The notes under the pieces: generated by a model | What the model saw: only the letters and a program-made list of their open reading frames with translations | Databases searched by the model: none | What the model was told of the DNA's origin: nothing | Assembly: GCA_009103225.1 (NCBI GenBank) | Contig: RHPI01001507.1 | Span: 1 to 64,000, forward strand | Direction of reading: 5' to 3' | Length of the DNA stretch: 64,000 nucleotides | Origin: Chlorokybus atmophyticus | Taxonomy: Eukaryota > Plantae > Mesostigma and Chlorokybus algae | Shown: in pieces, positions 11,401-24,200 of the stretch | How positions within the stretch are numbered: position 1 is the stretch's first letter | How the letters are laid out: the number at the start of each line of letters is the position of its first letter | Program-made: the position numbers and the translations under genes

Positions 11401-12470
11401 CACGCGCGCACGCATGTCGAGAACAGATTTTCTCTGAGGTTGTAGATGCGTTTTGCCATGTCCATTCAAAGCTCTTACCAATACTCTGCTGCGCACCCAC
11501 CTGAGGCAACACAGACACACTGTCAGACACTCTACCAGGAGGCGGGGGAGGGGGCTGTCGATAATTATGTGGCCATATGTGCACGTGCATGCGCTTGCAC
11601 GCCGCCTTAGGTGTCTGTTTGTGTTTGCAATTGCGTGCGTCAATTTGCGTATGAGAATGTATGTATTTGAGTGCAGGATCAAAACCGTGCGTATTTGCAC
11701 GGGAGCCACTGTGCGCAAGCGCGTGCGTGCTTGCAAGACTGTGGCATATGTACAACATCAAGACTGCGTAGGAACAGGAATGTTGATATGATGTTGTGCA
11801 CGACTGATTGTTCCAAATGAGGGGAGGGAGAGGGGGGGGGGGGGGGGNNNNNNNNNNNNNNNNNNNNNNNNNNNNNNNNNNNNNNNNNNNNNNNNNNNNN
11901 NNNNNNNNNNNNNNNNNNNNNNNNNNNNNNNNNNNNNNNNNNNNNNNNNNNNNNNNNNNNNNNNNNNNNNNNNNNNNNNNNNNNNNNNNNNNNNNNNNNN
12001 NNNNNNNNNNNNNNNNNNNNNNNNNNNNNNNNNNNNNNNNNNNNNNNNNNNNNNNNNNNNNNNNNNNNNNNNNNNNNNNNNNNNNNNNNNNNNNNNNNNN
12101 NNNNNNNNNNNNNNNNNNNNNNNNNNNNNNNNNNNNNNNNNNNNNNNNNNNNNNNNNNNNNNNNCCAAACGGCTGCAAGAAAACATACTTGGTTGCTTGT
12201 CGTTGGCGGTTAGTACAAGTGGCGATGGGACTATGCGGATCTTTGCGCCTGCCATGGAGCGCTGCCTTAATCATTGCAGCCCAGCAGCTTGGCTAGTGTG
12301 CGCGGCCTGCGCACGCGCATGTTTGCAAGTGCATTCACTTTTGTAGGCATGATTTGGTTGAACGACAGAAGCTGACACTCACCTGCAATCTGCAGGAACT
12401 GCAAGTTGTCAAAGTGTTTATCGATCGCAGCTACGAGCTCCACTTCATCCTTGCTGCTGCCGCCACTTGT
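8430..12470 (-). pseudogene. Unidentified multi-exon gene remnant carried inside the CAC...GTG element
   Basis: Short coding-like blocks end in GT donors on the minus strand: SKDEVELVAAIDKHFDNLQFLQIA|gtgagt (donor ~12382); ...KPNIFRLSTRAEVDSQGSK|gtgcgt (~11139); QGIQGWGGNEERVHKAMQE|gtgagc (~10201); VAAFMGEHEERLQNQ|gtaac (~9067). They are separated by CA/TG-rich intron-like DNA and two N gaps. No family was recognised. Confidence 0.35.
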
Positions 12471-12759
12471 TACAGCCTACAATCAGTGGTTTAGTAGCAC
12501 CAAGCAGCAGACTGGTTGCCATTAAGGCATCGAGCTAAGCAGCATGTGGTGTCTGACAACTGGTGGTGCCTGACACCTGCTTGTTTCAAAGCGATCTGTT
12601 TGTTTCAGCGACATCATCAACAAGCATGTATAGACACACCAGCATGTGTAACAACAATAACAATGGCATGTGTAACAACAACAACATCAACAAGCGCACA
12701 CTGAGCGCATGTATGAATATGTGTGCATGCAAATGTGCACGTGTATGTGATTGACTTTG

Positions 12760-12794
12760 AACCGACAGTCCTCGACTGTCGAGGACTGTCGGTT
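12760..12794. repeat. Perfect 17-bp-arm hairpin AACCGACAGTCCTCGAC-T-GTCGAGGACTGTCGGTT
   Basis: Arms checked base by base. It belongs to a GACTGT/ACAGTC motif family also seen at 9620-9750 and 10770-10885. Confidence 0.9.
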
Positions 12795-13639
12795 GAGCCC
12801 AACCGACAGTCGAGGCTTGTTGTAAGTGCAGCTGTACCTGCTACAATTGCTGTCGCTGCTGCTTGTCGCGGCTGTTAACGATGATTTTGATGTTGTACTA
12901 CACAGTCACAAGCACAACAGCCAATAATACAACAACACATTCCATGACAGCGACGACAATGCCGCAGCAGTAGCAGCGGATCCACAAGCGATTAAAACAT
13001 TCACAGCCTAAATGACAATAACAATGACAACAAGCAATCAACACTACAACAGTGGCTGCTGCCCTTAGTACGTTCTACCGCAGCTCTGCAGCTGCTGTTG
13101 CAGCAGCAGCGCTGCTGCATGTACTTGGGCGTGCACAAACACAACAACTATTGTTTGTACTAGCCAAGCGATAATCGAGTTGGCTGACGCTATCAGCTAC
13201 TGAAACACCCACGCCGCCACCTCCGCATCCACCGCTCCAGCGTTATCAACGATAGACATTGCCAGCTGTCAAGCTGAACACTCTGCTGACGTGTACGGCC
13301 TGCTTGTGCTGATCCTGAGTCAGCCAATACTAGGTGCCGCCTAGTACGCACCCTGCATGGTCGTACGATTAGGGTTCAGTAGGCTTTCCCGTTTCTGACT
13401 TTCGATCTAATTGTCTGGGACCATATATGTCCATACTGTCAATCGGTAAGTGATTTAAGGAAATGCCTGGGGTCCGCCACGGACCATACATGGTTCCATT
13501 GCCACAGATCAGTAAGCCATAGTTATGTCCGGTTCGGCCGTGTACCTGCGCGCCAAGTAACGGGGCCCCGACGGTCCGTCCCCTGCGGGCCAGGCACTCG
13601 TGGTCCGCGGGGCGGACCATGTAGGGTAGGTGTGGGTTA

Positions 13640-16600
13640 CAGTATACCCTCTCAATAAGAACCATGTTTGTTCCGGCCCTATTCAGTTCTTATTACGAGG
13701 GGTTCTTACCTCGACTTAAGAGCAATTGTTCTTATCGACAGGATAACTCTCAATAGGAACGGTTGTGCTTATATCGAGGTAAACTGCAATCTACAACAGC
13801 ATGCTTGTCTTGTAAAGCCTTATCTATTGTCACATACACCAACAATTATAGCCCATGTGTTTAGCTAGTGCTAAGCATATGAGAGGTGCTACAGCTGAGC
13901 ATCAAGTTCAGCACATTCATGCAACATTTGCAAAGATGCGCATGCATATATGCTGCCTGGTTATTGTTGCATGAGATGAACTTATGCAATGTATAAAGCA
14001 TGCTTCAATTCAAGTCTATTAAGTAACCTGCAACTGCATGCAACAGCAACATATTTCAGTCATAATTATGGTTGATATGTGTTGTATGGGGTGCGCGTTA
14101 TAACGCGCACCACATACATCAAACGTCTGACCACTAGCTGCATCTACTCATCTCCACGAAAATCTATAATATTGTGGTTTGCCATAGACGACCAATGTTG
14201 GCTATCGCCATCTTCGTGACCCTTTTTGTCATCGCTCCACCCACTTAATGTCCGCTGCATCGAAGACTTCTAGGTTATCTACAACAAACACAGCCAACTG
14301 CTCCGCGCACTGCATGGCTGTGGACACAGACACGGGCTGCGGCATAACCTCGTCAACATCGTTATCACCATCCTGCAACTCATCAACAACAATTGCCACC
14401 GGTTCGTGCATAGCTAACAGCTCAGCAGGAGTGAGAACAGCCTCAACAATGTCTTCTCCAAGTAGATTCATATGGTCTTCTGCAGAGAGCGGGTCATTGA
14501 TGCTTCGCAATCAGCTGATCCAACTCAGCGCATTGCTCGCTCGCCGCGCTCTCAACTTGACGGGTGGATCGCTCAAGGATGTTATCATCGCGTGTGCTGT
14601 AGAACCAATCTGCTGGCCACAAGTCTCCTTTGATGAAGCAGTTTTTAATGATGGTAGCCGGCAATTCGTCCCACACATCTGCAGACCACAGTAGGGCTTG
14701 CTTCTCCGAAGGCTTGATGTTCTTCAGCGATGTCCCTGGGTTCAGCTTCAACACGGCAAGCAGCCAGGATACCAACTGCTTCTTGTAGCGCATTATGAAC
14801 GCTGCGATGATGCCTTGGTCCATGGGCTGCACTTTTTACGTGGTGTTGGGCGGCAAAAAGACCAGATTGATGTGCGAAAGCTTGAGCAATTAAAGGCCAT
14901 GCAGCGTCTTTTGCTCAGCACCTGTCCATGACAATTAATGGTAAGTGTAGAGCGCAATCGCATACATCTTTGCAACCATGCAGTCACGTACCCGGCAACT
15001 GATGGCACGAGGCGTTATCCAAAAAAATGACAATGTGTCGATCAACACTCCTCATCTAGTTGATCAGAGCGCGCATATACTCTTCAAAGATGCGCATTGT
15101 CATCCAAGCCTTGCGATTGCTAAACGAATGCACGAAGTCGTGTGGTCTAAAGCTTTTGCCAAATGATCTTGGTCTCTGACTCTTGTTGATGAGGAGCAGC
15201 TTCAATCTTTTAAAGCCATCCGCATTGGCACCAAACAGGATGGTGATGAGCTTCTTGGCCTTCTTAAGGCCATGCACTTCTTCGCTTGCGAACGCCAGAG
15301 TACGATTAGGTGTGGCTCTAAAAAATCGGGCGCCTTCATCCATGTTGAAGGTGTTGGCAGGTTCGGCGCCCAACTCTTGCAGCACACGTGGGACAGCAAC
15401 TCGCGCCAGCTCAACGCCTTCCATGCCAGCATCAGCGCCTTCGCCATAAGTTTTCTTGCAAACGATACTGGACCTGCATGTGCACATGTTATTGCCAGTG
15501 CTAACGCACATATACATGCACAGATAGCTGGTGCTGCTGAGTGTGCATGCGCATGTGCATGTGTAAGTGTGCATGTGATGCAAGTGCTGCTGCTACTGCA
15601 CGTGCATGTGCAAGTGCTGGTGCTGTGCGTGCATGGGTAAGTGTGCATGTGCAAGTGTTGATGCTCATGCACATGCATGTGCATGTGAATGTGCATGTAC
15701 AAAAGTGGTGCACGTGCATGTGCATGTGCATGTGCATGTGCAAGTGCTTTTGCTGGTGCCGGCACAACATGTGCTTACCTTTTCTTGAACTTCTCCAGCC
15801 ATTTGATGCCTTGAACGCATCGGCAAGAAGGCCGTGCTCTTGCGCCAGCTTCAGCGCCTGCTCTTGTAATATCATATCTGAAATTGGCAGCGATGCTGCC
15901 CGTGCCTGTTCACATAGGCACGCATGTTAGCATTGCAAATGGCCACATGCAATTATACTCAAGTGTACTTACAACTAGGAACCATGTCAGCAGCGCCTGC
16001 TCAATAATCTCATATTTGCATCTGCGGTTGGTCTTTTGAGAAACAGCTTGCTTATCATCAATCTGCAACAACCTATCTTCTTGTTGTAAAATCTTTGTCA
16101 ACGTTGAGCGTGAAATGGTGAGCTTCAGCTTTTTATTCACATCGATTACAAACTTGTCATGGGTCAAAGAGTTGAGTTGGGCTCGCAATTGACAGATCTG
16201 CTTCTTCTGCAAGTCAGTCAACCTCGTCCGCTTTTTCGGTAATCCCATGCTGCAATGTACCTACATGTTCATGCTATGTTATGCTCCCAATTGACAAGTA
16301 CATGGTGCGCTACGCAGCATCCACAAACACGCCATTTGGGAACGCACGCACGCAAGCCACGCAAACACGCAGGCATGCCACACATGCACGCACGCGCACA
16401 TGCACACACACGCAAACAATTGCAAGCAAGCAGGCAGGAAGCATTTGCTGGCCAACATTCTCTCTTATCGCACACATGCACACACACACTCAAACAACCG
16501 CAAGCAAGCAAGCAGACAGCGCACATTTGTTGGCTTACATTCTCTCTTATCGCACACGCTCAGACTGGCACAAACTAGCAGGCGGCGATTGAGACGCACA

Positions 16601-17005
16601 TGTGACATGATCTCTCAACACATATATATTTAACAAACATACACACAACTTATTAATGCACATGTATGCGCTTGCCTGTTCCCCTGCTGCCGCTCTGCTC
16701 CTGCCGAACCCCGCCGCCGCCGTCGCCGCCGCTACTGCCGCCGCCAGTATGCCATCCAGACAGTGCCAGCCCTAGTCACAAAGGAGTGACGAAATGCGTG
16801 ACTATTGCATGACTTATGCGTGACTAAAGGCGTGATGGCCCTCGAAATAAGAACCGTCTAGTGGGGCCACTCCTGGATCTTAAAACGAGGGTTCTTGTTC
16901 CTATTAGGAGGTAGGTTTTGCCCGTGGGACATCCGTTCCCTCCGATTTTGGTTCTTATTTCGAGGATGTTCCTACCGGAGGGCGCCTTATTGAGAGGGTG
17001 TACTG
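13640..17005 (-). mobile_element. pogo/Tigger-like element 1 (Tc1/mariner superfamily)
   Basis: 20-bp TIRs CAGTA(T/C)ACCCTCTCAATAAG at 13640-13659 and 16986-17005 with 1 mismatch. TA TSD at 13638-39 and 17006-07. Repeated AATAAGAAC/GTTCTTATT subterminal motifs at both ends. Confidence 0.93.
14229..16248 (-). pseudogene. Spliced pogo/CENP-B-type DDD transposase, inactivated
   Basis: Exons at about 16248-15973, 15905-15779, 15473-14992 and 14921-14229. It has the N-terminal HTH (KKRTRLTDLQKKQIC...ISRSTLTKIL), EQALLTWF, ASNGW, FNMDEG, NRKAWMT, FLDNASCH, FLPPNTT and QPMDQGII. In-frame stops and a frameshift after ASNGW are present. Confidence 0.9.
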
Positions 17006-17479
17006 TACACCGGACACTTTTTACGGACAAATACCGTGCTAGGTGTGTGATTGATGTTATTGGCTGATTTTTAAGACATGTTTCATTGGGCAGTTGGGTT
17101 AGGTGATGGCGTTGAAGGCAAACTTTTGGTGCAATGCAGCGTTAGCACTGACGGCGGTGTGTGCACACAGGCGGGTAAAAATGGCTTTTTGTAACTCCGG
17201 ACAGCCTGCTTTGGCTCTGAAAGTAAGGCCTGTGAGGTTGGTGGCGGCGGGGGTGGCGGGAAAGTGGTTGGCGGGGCTGATGTTGTTGTTGTAAGCAAGG
17301 CAGGCGGGCGTGGCGCATGGTTGGACGTAAGAGTGGTGTTGGTTAGGCAAGCATGCATGCAAGTTGTGCGTTGCAGTCTTGTTGCATGCATGCATGTAAG
17401 GCACTTGCATTGCACTATGTACAAGGGTAGTGTCGTCTAGGACGGCTGGCTGTTAAAAGTGTGTGTATTCTGTGCTAGC

Positions 17480-19100
17480 CACAGGTAGTGTGCATGCTGG
17501 CTATGTGCTGCTTCGTGTAATGCATGCTGCCTATCCTCCTCAGCTGCTTTCGCCGCTCGCTCTTGCCTTGCAGCCTCCTCCTTGGCCTTGGCCGCCGCCT
17601 CCTTTGCCTAGCGCTTCTCCTCAGCCAAGGCCGCCTTGGTTGCCTTGGCTGCCTCACGCTCTGCTGCCTTCTCCAACCTGGGTTGCTCCTTCATGGCCTT
17701 CTGGTAAATAGTCATGTTTTTAGTTTGCTGCTCTAACTGCGCGCTCCTTCTGAGCCGCCTCTGCAGCTGCCTTATGTGCTGCTTTGGCCTGCAGGTAGCG
17801 CACAAGCTCATGCGAGGTCAGGATGCACATGCCATCCAGCATATGGAACTCCTCCTCCGGGACAACCTCATGTGCCTCCTGTGCTTCCTCAGCCTCCTCT
17901 TCTTCATCACCACCCCCGAACTCTTCTTGCTAAGCACTTTCACCTGCCTCAAGCAAAGCATTGGTAAGTGCCTCCCCTTGCAACAATGGCTCTGCTGGTG
18001 CTTGCTCTGCAGTGTCGTCTCGTAGCTTGTGGTTAAGTGCATGCCTGTCTCCTGGCCATTGTCCTGCATGTGCATGTGTTTATATGTGTTATGCACGTGC
18101 AAAGCATACATGTGCAATGCATGCATGCAGCTGATGCTCACCGCATGCTTTGAAGCCATTGGTGATGTTGGCATATGACATGGCCAACATGATTGGCTTG
18201 GCTGTGACCTTCATAAACTCGTCCTTGGCCATCATGTCTGGATTGTTGTCAAGCATGTGCTTGTAGCGTTCTTCACGGTAACGAGCCTTGAAGCTGGAGA
18301 AGCAAGACACATCCAGCATCTGCAGCAACAGAGGTAAGAGCATGTTATTCAGCACTGCAATGCAAGTAAGTGAGCAGGCTCTCACATGCATGTGAGAGCG
18401 TGCTCACTCACTTGCATTACGTTTGTCAGGTGAGGAGGGGGCAGAATGACGTGCACTCCATGCTCTCTAACCTTGAGGAATTGTCTTTAGGATTAGCCTT
18501 GAGGAAAATCCCAAGCAAGGGGAGGTGTAAGTTGAAGAACCTGTAAGCATTGCTCCAAGTGGCAGCCTTGTGCCTTCTCCTGTCCAACCCCTCTGCCACC
18601 CTTCTGCTGAGGTCCCACTTGGCAAAGTAGTCTCTGCACCAACGTGGGCTAGGCAGCAACTTTTGCCAAATCTTTGCAGCCTTTCGTAGTCTTCTGAAAG
18701 CATTTGCAACACCTGCAATTGTAAGTGACAATGCACGCTGCATATCCTTAGCACACAGAGCATGCTACACCAACTTGCCTGTTGTTGCAGTGCTGTGACA
18801 GTTGGGGAGTGGTCGACATCACACATGGAGTGCACCCACTCACACAGCTCCCTCTGCTCTGCCTTGGTAAGGATAGCTTCCTTGCTTGGGCTGTGAGGAC
18901 GCTCCAGCTTTTTAGGGTCGTGCAAATAGTCGCAGAGGGTGCTGCGAGGGACACCAATGGCCTTGGAAGCCTTGCACAGCGACAGCACCCCTGCCTGTAT
19001 ATCTGCCCAATAGCATGTGCAATGCTGGCCAGCCTTTGATTATCATCTGCTCATATGATGTGTGTGGCCAATGTAAGGCTGGGGGGGGGATCTTGGTCTC
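17480..19100 (-). pseudogene. pogo/Fot1-type transposase remnant with the catalytic core largely deleted
   Basis: psq-like HTH (LSLCKASKAIGVPRSTLCDYL), ILTKAEQRELCEWV, PSPRWCRDYFAKW, LQMLDVSCFSSFKARY...NITNGFKACG and a K/E/A-rich coiled C-terminus. The first two catalytic-D segments were not found. Confidence 0.75.
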
Positions 19101-19951
19101 TTGCCCTTCTTTTCTTGGGGGCAGTTGGTGTGTGCAGATTGCGCTGCTGCGGGGTTCTGTCGCTAGGTGCCTGCACACATACGCCCGAGGATGTAAAACA
19201 ACCAGCAAAGGGCACAAATGCAAGCATAGCACTAGGTAGTATAGCATAGCAGCTAGTTGTATAGCATACAAACACCCCTTGCAATGCACCTCACCTTTGA
19301 ATTGGTCGTTTGATCGCTGCTGCCTTGGCTCCCCCGTGTATGCATGTTCACACCTTCACACCCTCACCGTGCATGCCAACCCCAACCCAACCCACACGTC
19401 AGCACTAAGCTAACACACTCTTCAATCTCAACTTAGTGCCATTTACTCATCTATATCACACACACACACGCCACAATGCAACTCCCACGCCAAACACTCA
19501 CACATGCATAAAGTCAGGTCGGGTTGCACATGCGTTACGTAGTGTTTTAATCAAAACCTCATAATTAAAGCAAATCAATGTAGAATTTGACTAGGTTTGT
19601 TGCACTAAACTCAACAACTCAAGCCCCAAGTGCTCATAAGAATTCATTGCCATTGGCCAATGCAAATACTATTCCGGCAAAGTCAAAGTTATGTTAACCA
19701 TGTGATCACGATAAAGATTTCACCTTTTTGAATTTGGCGCCCTTAATCTCAGCCAACGGGGCTGAAACTTGGTGGGTAGACTTGAGAGGACGCACAAAAG
19801 GCACTCATCGGAGGCACTTTTCCATTCGGACGCCAACTAGGAAGTTAGCCTACCAGCAGCAGTAGGTGTCCGAATTTGTAAAATGTCCGGAGCCTATGGC
19901 CCGCGGGGTCCGTGGGGAGGACCATGCAAGGACCTTGAACGTCAAGCCGTG

Positions 19952-20120
19952 ACGACGATGACGGGGTGACGCTTGCATTGGTGTGTGCTGAGGGATGTTT
20001 AATATGGAACATGTGTGACGTGAGATGTGTGGTATGATAGATAGTGACGTGCGCTGTGCCGATATCACTTGGACGCCGTAAACTTGGACTGACTGACACT
20101 ACTATTACGTGCATGTCTGC
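19952..20120 (+). pseudogene. 3' end and UTR remnant of mTERF-like copy A, displaced by the 11.9-kb insertion
   Basis: ACGATGACGGGGTGACG...GTGTGACGTGAGATGTGTGGTATGATAG resembles 29990-30090 in copy C. Confidence 0.55.
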
Positions 20121-21289
20121 GTGCTTGGTATTGCGTTATCACAAGGTCAAAGCATTGTATGACTATGTACATTGTATACTATACTTACTCACTGCAACGG
20201 CAGAATCGTTTCGCAAGCAACGATTGTTTACCATGGCAACATAAACATTGTGAACCAAGGCGTTGTGAAGTAAGTCCTTAAACAATAATTACTCCTCCTC
20301 TTAATGCCGGCTTGGCGCTATACATGTCGTTGCTTTCTCGTGAACTCATCATCGACATGCCATAGTGTTGCTATAGCGGCAGCACGGTGCTTTGCCAGGT
20401 TGGCTTGCAAATAGAAATGTTATGCACAAGGTGTGGCTTTAGTAAAATTCTAGGCTTGCCAGCGCTCGCTACCAATGCATGCGCGTGTGCTGTTTGTTGT
20501 CGCTATCTTTATCATGTTGTGTGTTGTGAGCATGGATGATTTAAGTAATGTGATAGGTTGTGCATAATAGGTATGGTTGTTGAAATTGCGCTCATGTTGC
20601 TTTGTTCTCTTAACAGCAAGAGTGCATGTGCGCTGGTAGTATGTAGCTTGCACGTATGTGTGGCTTGCACTCTAATATAGTGGATTGGGTCATATGCTTG
20701 TTGTTGCCTATTACCGGGTTCAAGGCACATACAAGTGTAAACTAGCATACACAACCACAGCACTGCATGTGCATTCACACAAACCTATACAATGAATGCA
20801 TCAGCATGCATGACTCGCGTAAGTCAATGCTTGAAATAAATTAATTATATCATGCACGAGACAAATGTACATAAAGTAGTCTGTATGGACTGTTCAACAT
20901 AAGTTATCCATAATTGCACGAGGTCCGCACCGCAAGCTAGCAGAGCACAAGTGTCGTTGCTGATTAATGGATGCGTGTGTTTAAAATGCTTGTTGTTACC
21001 AAAGACACGCAGTTACGTGTTCACAGCAATGCATGCATGATTGTAATCAAATCATCATCACAAGCGCGAAGATCTTAAATTTAGCCAAGACGTCCGATCT
21101 TAAGAGACCCAATGGTTCCCACATTCGGCGCACAGCTTGCTGCTCGCTTTTGGGCCATGGGGGCAATGGAAGCCTGCGCGTTCATCTTATCGTTAGTTGG
21201 CAATTCAAAGCATGGGCAGCGCCAATAGCTCCAAAGTGTTAGCAAGCTTTGACATGAGCTTGGGGTGAGGAGAAGAGAAGCAGCTAAGT

Positions 21290-24200
21290 TGTCGACAGCA
21301 ACATCAACAGTGGCTGTGTCATATGCATAGCTTAATTGCCGCCGCGAATGCGCACTGTAGTTGCCTGCCACCAACTAATGTTGCATATGCTGGCTGCATT
21401 AACGTCCATTGCAACCAACCACTGGTTTTGGCAAGCCTTGGCAAGCCCGCATGACCTGTATATAGAGTTGGAACGTGCAATATTGCTGGCTATGGCAGCT
21501 TTTGTTTATTTGAGAACGAGACATCATTACTGCTTTGCAAAACACAATTCAACCAAGTCAGGAGCGCAAAAGGTTGGAAGGGACTTCGAGCAATATCAAC
21601 TGCTCGAAGTTGCTACTTGAATAGCAGATGTCAGGGCCCTGCAACCATTAGTGCATGACAAGCTACATTTGAACAATGCACACGTGACATCCTCAACACG
21701 CATGGCCATGTTGTTTTGCACAGCTCTGCTGCAGCTGAAAGAAGCATTGGCACCACAAGCAGTGCAGAGGTGTGCTGGTGAGCTAAACCGTTAAGCTGCA
21801 ATATTGCATCAAATTGGCAAAGACACTACTTACAGGGTAAGCTTTACTGACATTTTGGTTAAACTTCCATCTGGGCACAACGCACCAAACCACGTGAATG
21901 CGCTAAGATTATGCCCGGGCATAGGCAGCGCAGCAACATATAGAGCAACACTTGCCACTTCCCAACATCGGTAAGAGGACGCTGCTACTTGGTGCACCTG
22001 CCCTTCAACCCGCACCACACTCTGCGCAAGCTGTTGCCTGCTAGGCCGCCCGCTTTTGATTACGTCGCCCGTGACAGCTGCTCCCAGGCGGCGGCATGAT
22101 CGTCGCCGCCTCCCACACCATCAACATCTGCTGCGGCAGCAACCATTGCCCACGCCGTGGACCACCACACTGACATGTGACAGTAAGCATGCTGCAGCTG
22201 TGTTGTGGACGGCGGTGGCGGTGGCGGAAGGCAAGCATGCCTGCTGCTTGGCTGTGGATGTTGTGGGTGGCACGGGCATGGCCAGCGGGTGCTGCGGCGG
22301 GATGAGCCTCGCTGTCATGTAGGGCTGCGAAGACAAGACAGCGGATAGCAGCAGGACCAGTTAGTCCACCTCGTTGATTGGTATGCCATCAACCTAGTGC
22401 ACTGCTTCATCCGCTTTGTCGCACAGCTCATAAACTGTTTGTAAGACACATGCATTTGCGAAGCTGCACATGTCACAAACCTGTTGGCATGACAACATGT
22501 GACACACGCAACTTACACACATGTATTGTGCCACATGTCGCACCCCAACCGACCAGCACACTAGTCAGCTTATGTCACTCCTACAGGAGTGACTAGCTAG
22601 CCGTGCATTGTTGCAGGTACAATAGCAACGAGACGAGTAGTCTCTTGCAGACACTACGTTTGGGGCTGGGCTTAAGCCTCTTTGCTGCAACATTTATGTG
22701 CGGCCTGTGCTGCACGTGCTTGTGCGGATTCTGAGCTACTTGCTCTACATAAAAGTGCTGCATGTGTCGTCTCCTTTTAGAACTGTGCTCTTGAAGCAGA
22801 CTGCTGACCACGCATTGCATGTTTTGAATCAAAGAGCCAGAGCCGCACTGCAGGGGAGTGTGATTGGACCAAGCATACGCACAATCTTCTCATATATGTT
22901 GGCTCGCAGTTGATGCACAACCACTTACAGCTTTCATGCATGCGCTGGCAACGTAATAGGGAAGCTAAGAACACGAATATATGCAAGAGCAATGTTGCGC
23001 AATCCGTGTCCATGCATGTTTGATGAGTTACTGGTTTATCCAATGCCATGGTGAACTCTTGACAACATGTTCCTGCTGCAGCAGCGCATGGATCAGTTGG
23101 TTGGTGCACGCGACTGAGTGAAGTTTCAGCTTCCATAGTGACATCCAATATGGGAGCAACCTGCCTCCTCCAGCACTCTCCATGCACCGTGTTAAAGATC
23201 AAGGCTGATGAGACCTAACACACAAGCACATGCCAGTGGCTTGTCGCAAGCTCTGCTCTTGTAAACACACTGGGTGTAATTTGATGGTGACTGTTTGCCA
23301 GTGCAAGCCCCGGCATTTTCACATGCACTTGGCCAAAGAACTACCACAACCAAAGTTTGCAACACCACGGTTGTACCACTCCATGTACAAGTGAGCTGCT
23401 GCATGGCACTATATGTGCGTGCGTGTGCGTGTGCTTGTGCGTGTGCGTGTGTGTGTGCGTGAGATGTGTCTTCCTGCTGCTCGTGTATGCAATATTAATC
23501 AATGTCAGCAAAGCTCACACAACAAAGATGATTCAACAGGCGGAGACAGCATGCTTATATTGCAGAGCTTTCACTTATCACATGCAACGCAGCTCTTAAC
23601 GATCAGGATGGCAGCAATACGGTGAGGTGCTTGGCGCAACACTTATGTCGATGTAAACCGCTGCAACCTCTTGGCTTGCTGTCAACTATTGCCAACTGAT
23701 ATGTTCGCTTTCAAGTTGCCAATAAGAAAGAGGGGGGCCCCGCCTTTGCCTCTATGATCAGAGATTGAGCAAAATGCTATGGCCCAGATCTGGCACGGTA
23801 TATCTTTTTCTTTATGCCGAATGGAAACGTGAGTGAGACATGGGAGGAGCAGGTCAATATTTCGCAAGCACACCGAGATTAAACGACAAATACATGAAGT
23901 ATGCAGAACGGTTGAACTTCGATGGTTCTTGATTGTGATCAATATACTTGTCCCGACCGAAGCAAAAGTTGTTTCCTGGTGCAAGCACGGCCAGAATGGC
24001 CTGGCCTGAACTTATTAAGCGATTTTTAAGAGTCTTGGAGTAAACATGTTGAAGCTTAAATTACTGTAGAGCATCAGCGATGCGGAACTTGTCACCATGT
24101 TGCACTACAATTCTCGACTAATAAAGCGGTCACTGGTGCTTTAGCAGCAAAAGTTGTTTACTGGCAGGCATTCTTGGCGTTGGCCCATGCACAGGTGATC

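Larger units (their letters stand above)
13624..19894 (-). mobile_element. pogo/Fot1-like element 2, internally deleted, about 2.9 kb without the nested element 1
   Basis: TA at 13622-13623 and 19895-19896. Removing the element restores GGACCATGTATGGCCC, one of the host palindromes. The ends share CCGGACA/CGGACAC motifs but the TIR match is weak. It encodes pogo-type transposase remnants. Confidence 0.65.
8083..19951. mobile_element. Large CAC...GTG DNA transposon (CACTA/EnSpm-like), about 5.6 kb without its nested insertions
   Basis: ACG is duplicated at 8080-8082 and 19952-19954. Termini are CACACCGC and GCCGTG. Both subterminal regions carry GGACCA-N4-TGGTCC palindrome arrays (8092-8355; 13348-13623 plus 19897-19934). 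Joining the flanks restores the 3' part of the mTERF-like gene as seen in copies B and C. No TnpD-like transposase was recognised. Confidence 0.7.

Noticed and set aside
16425-16560. About 80-bp imperfect tandem duplication in the pogo-1 leader
   Set aside because: It is an ordinary local duplication with no further structure.
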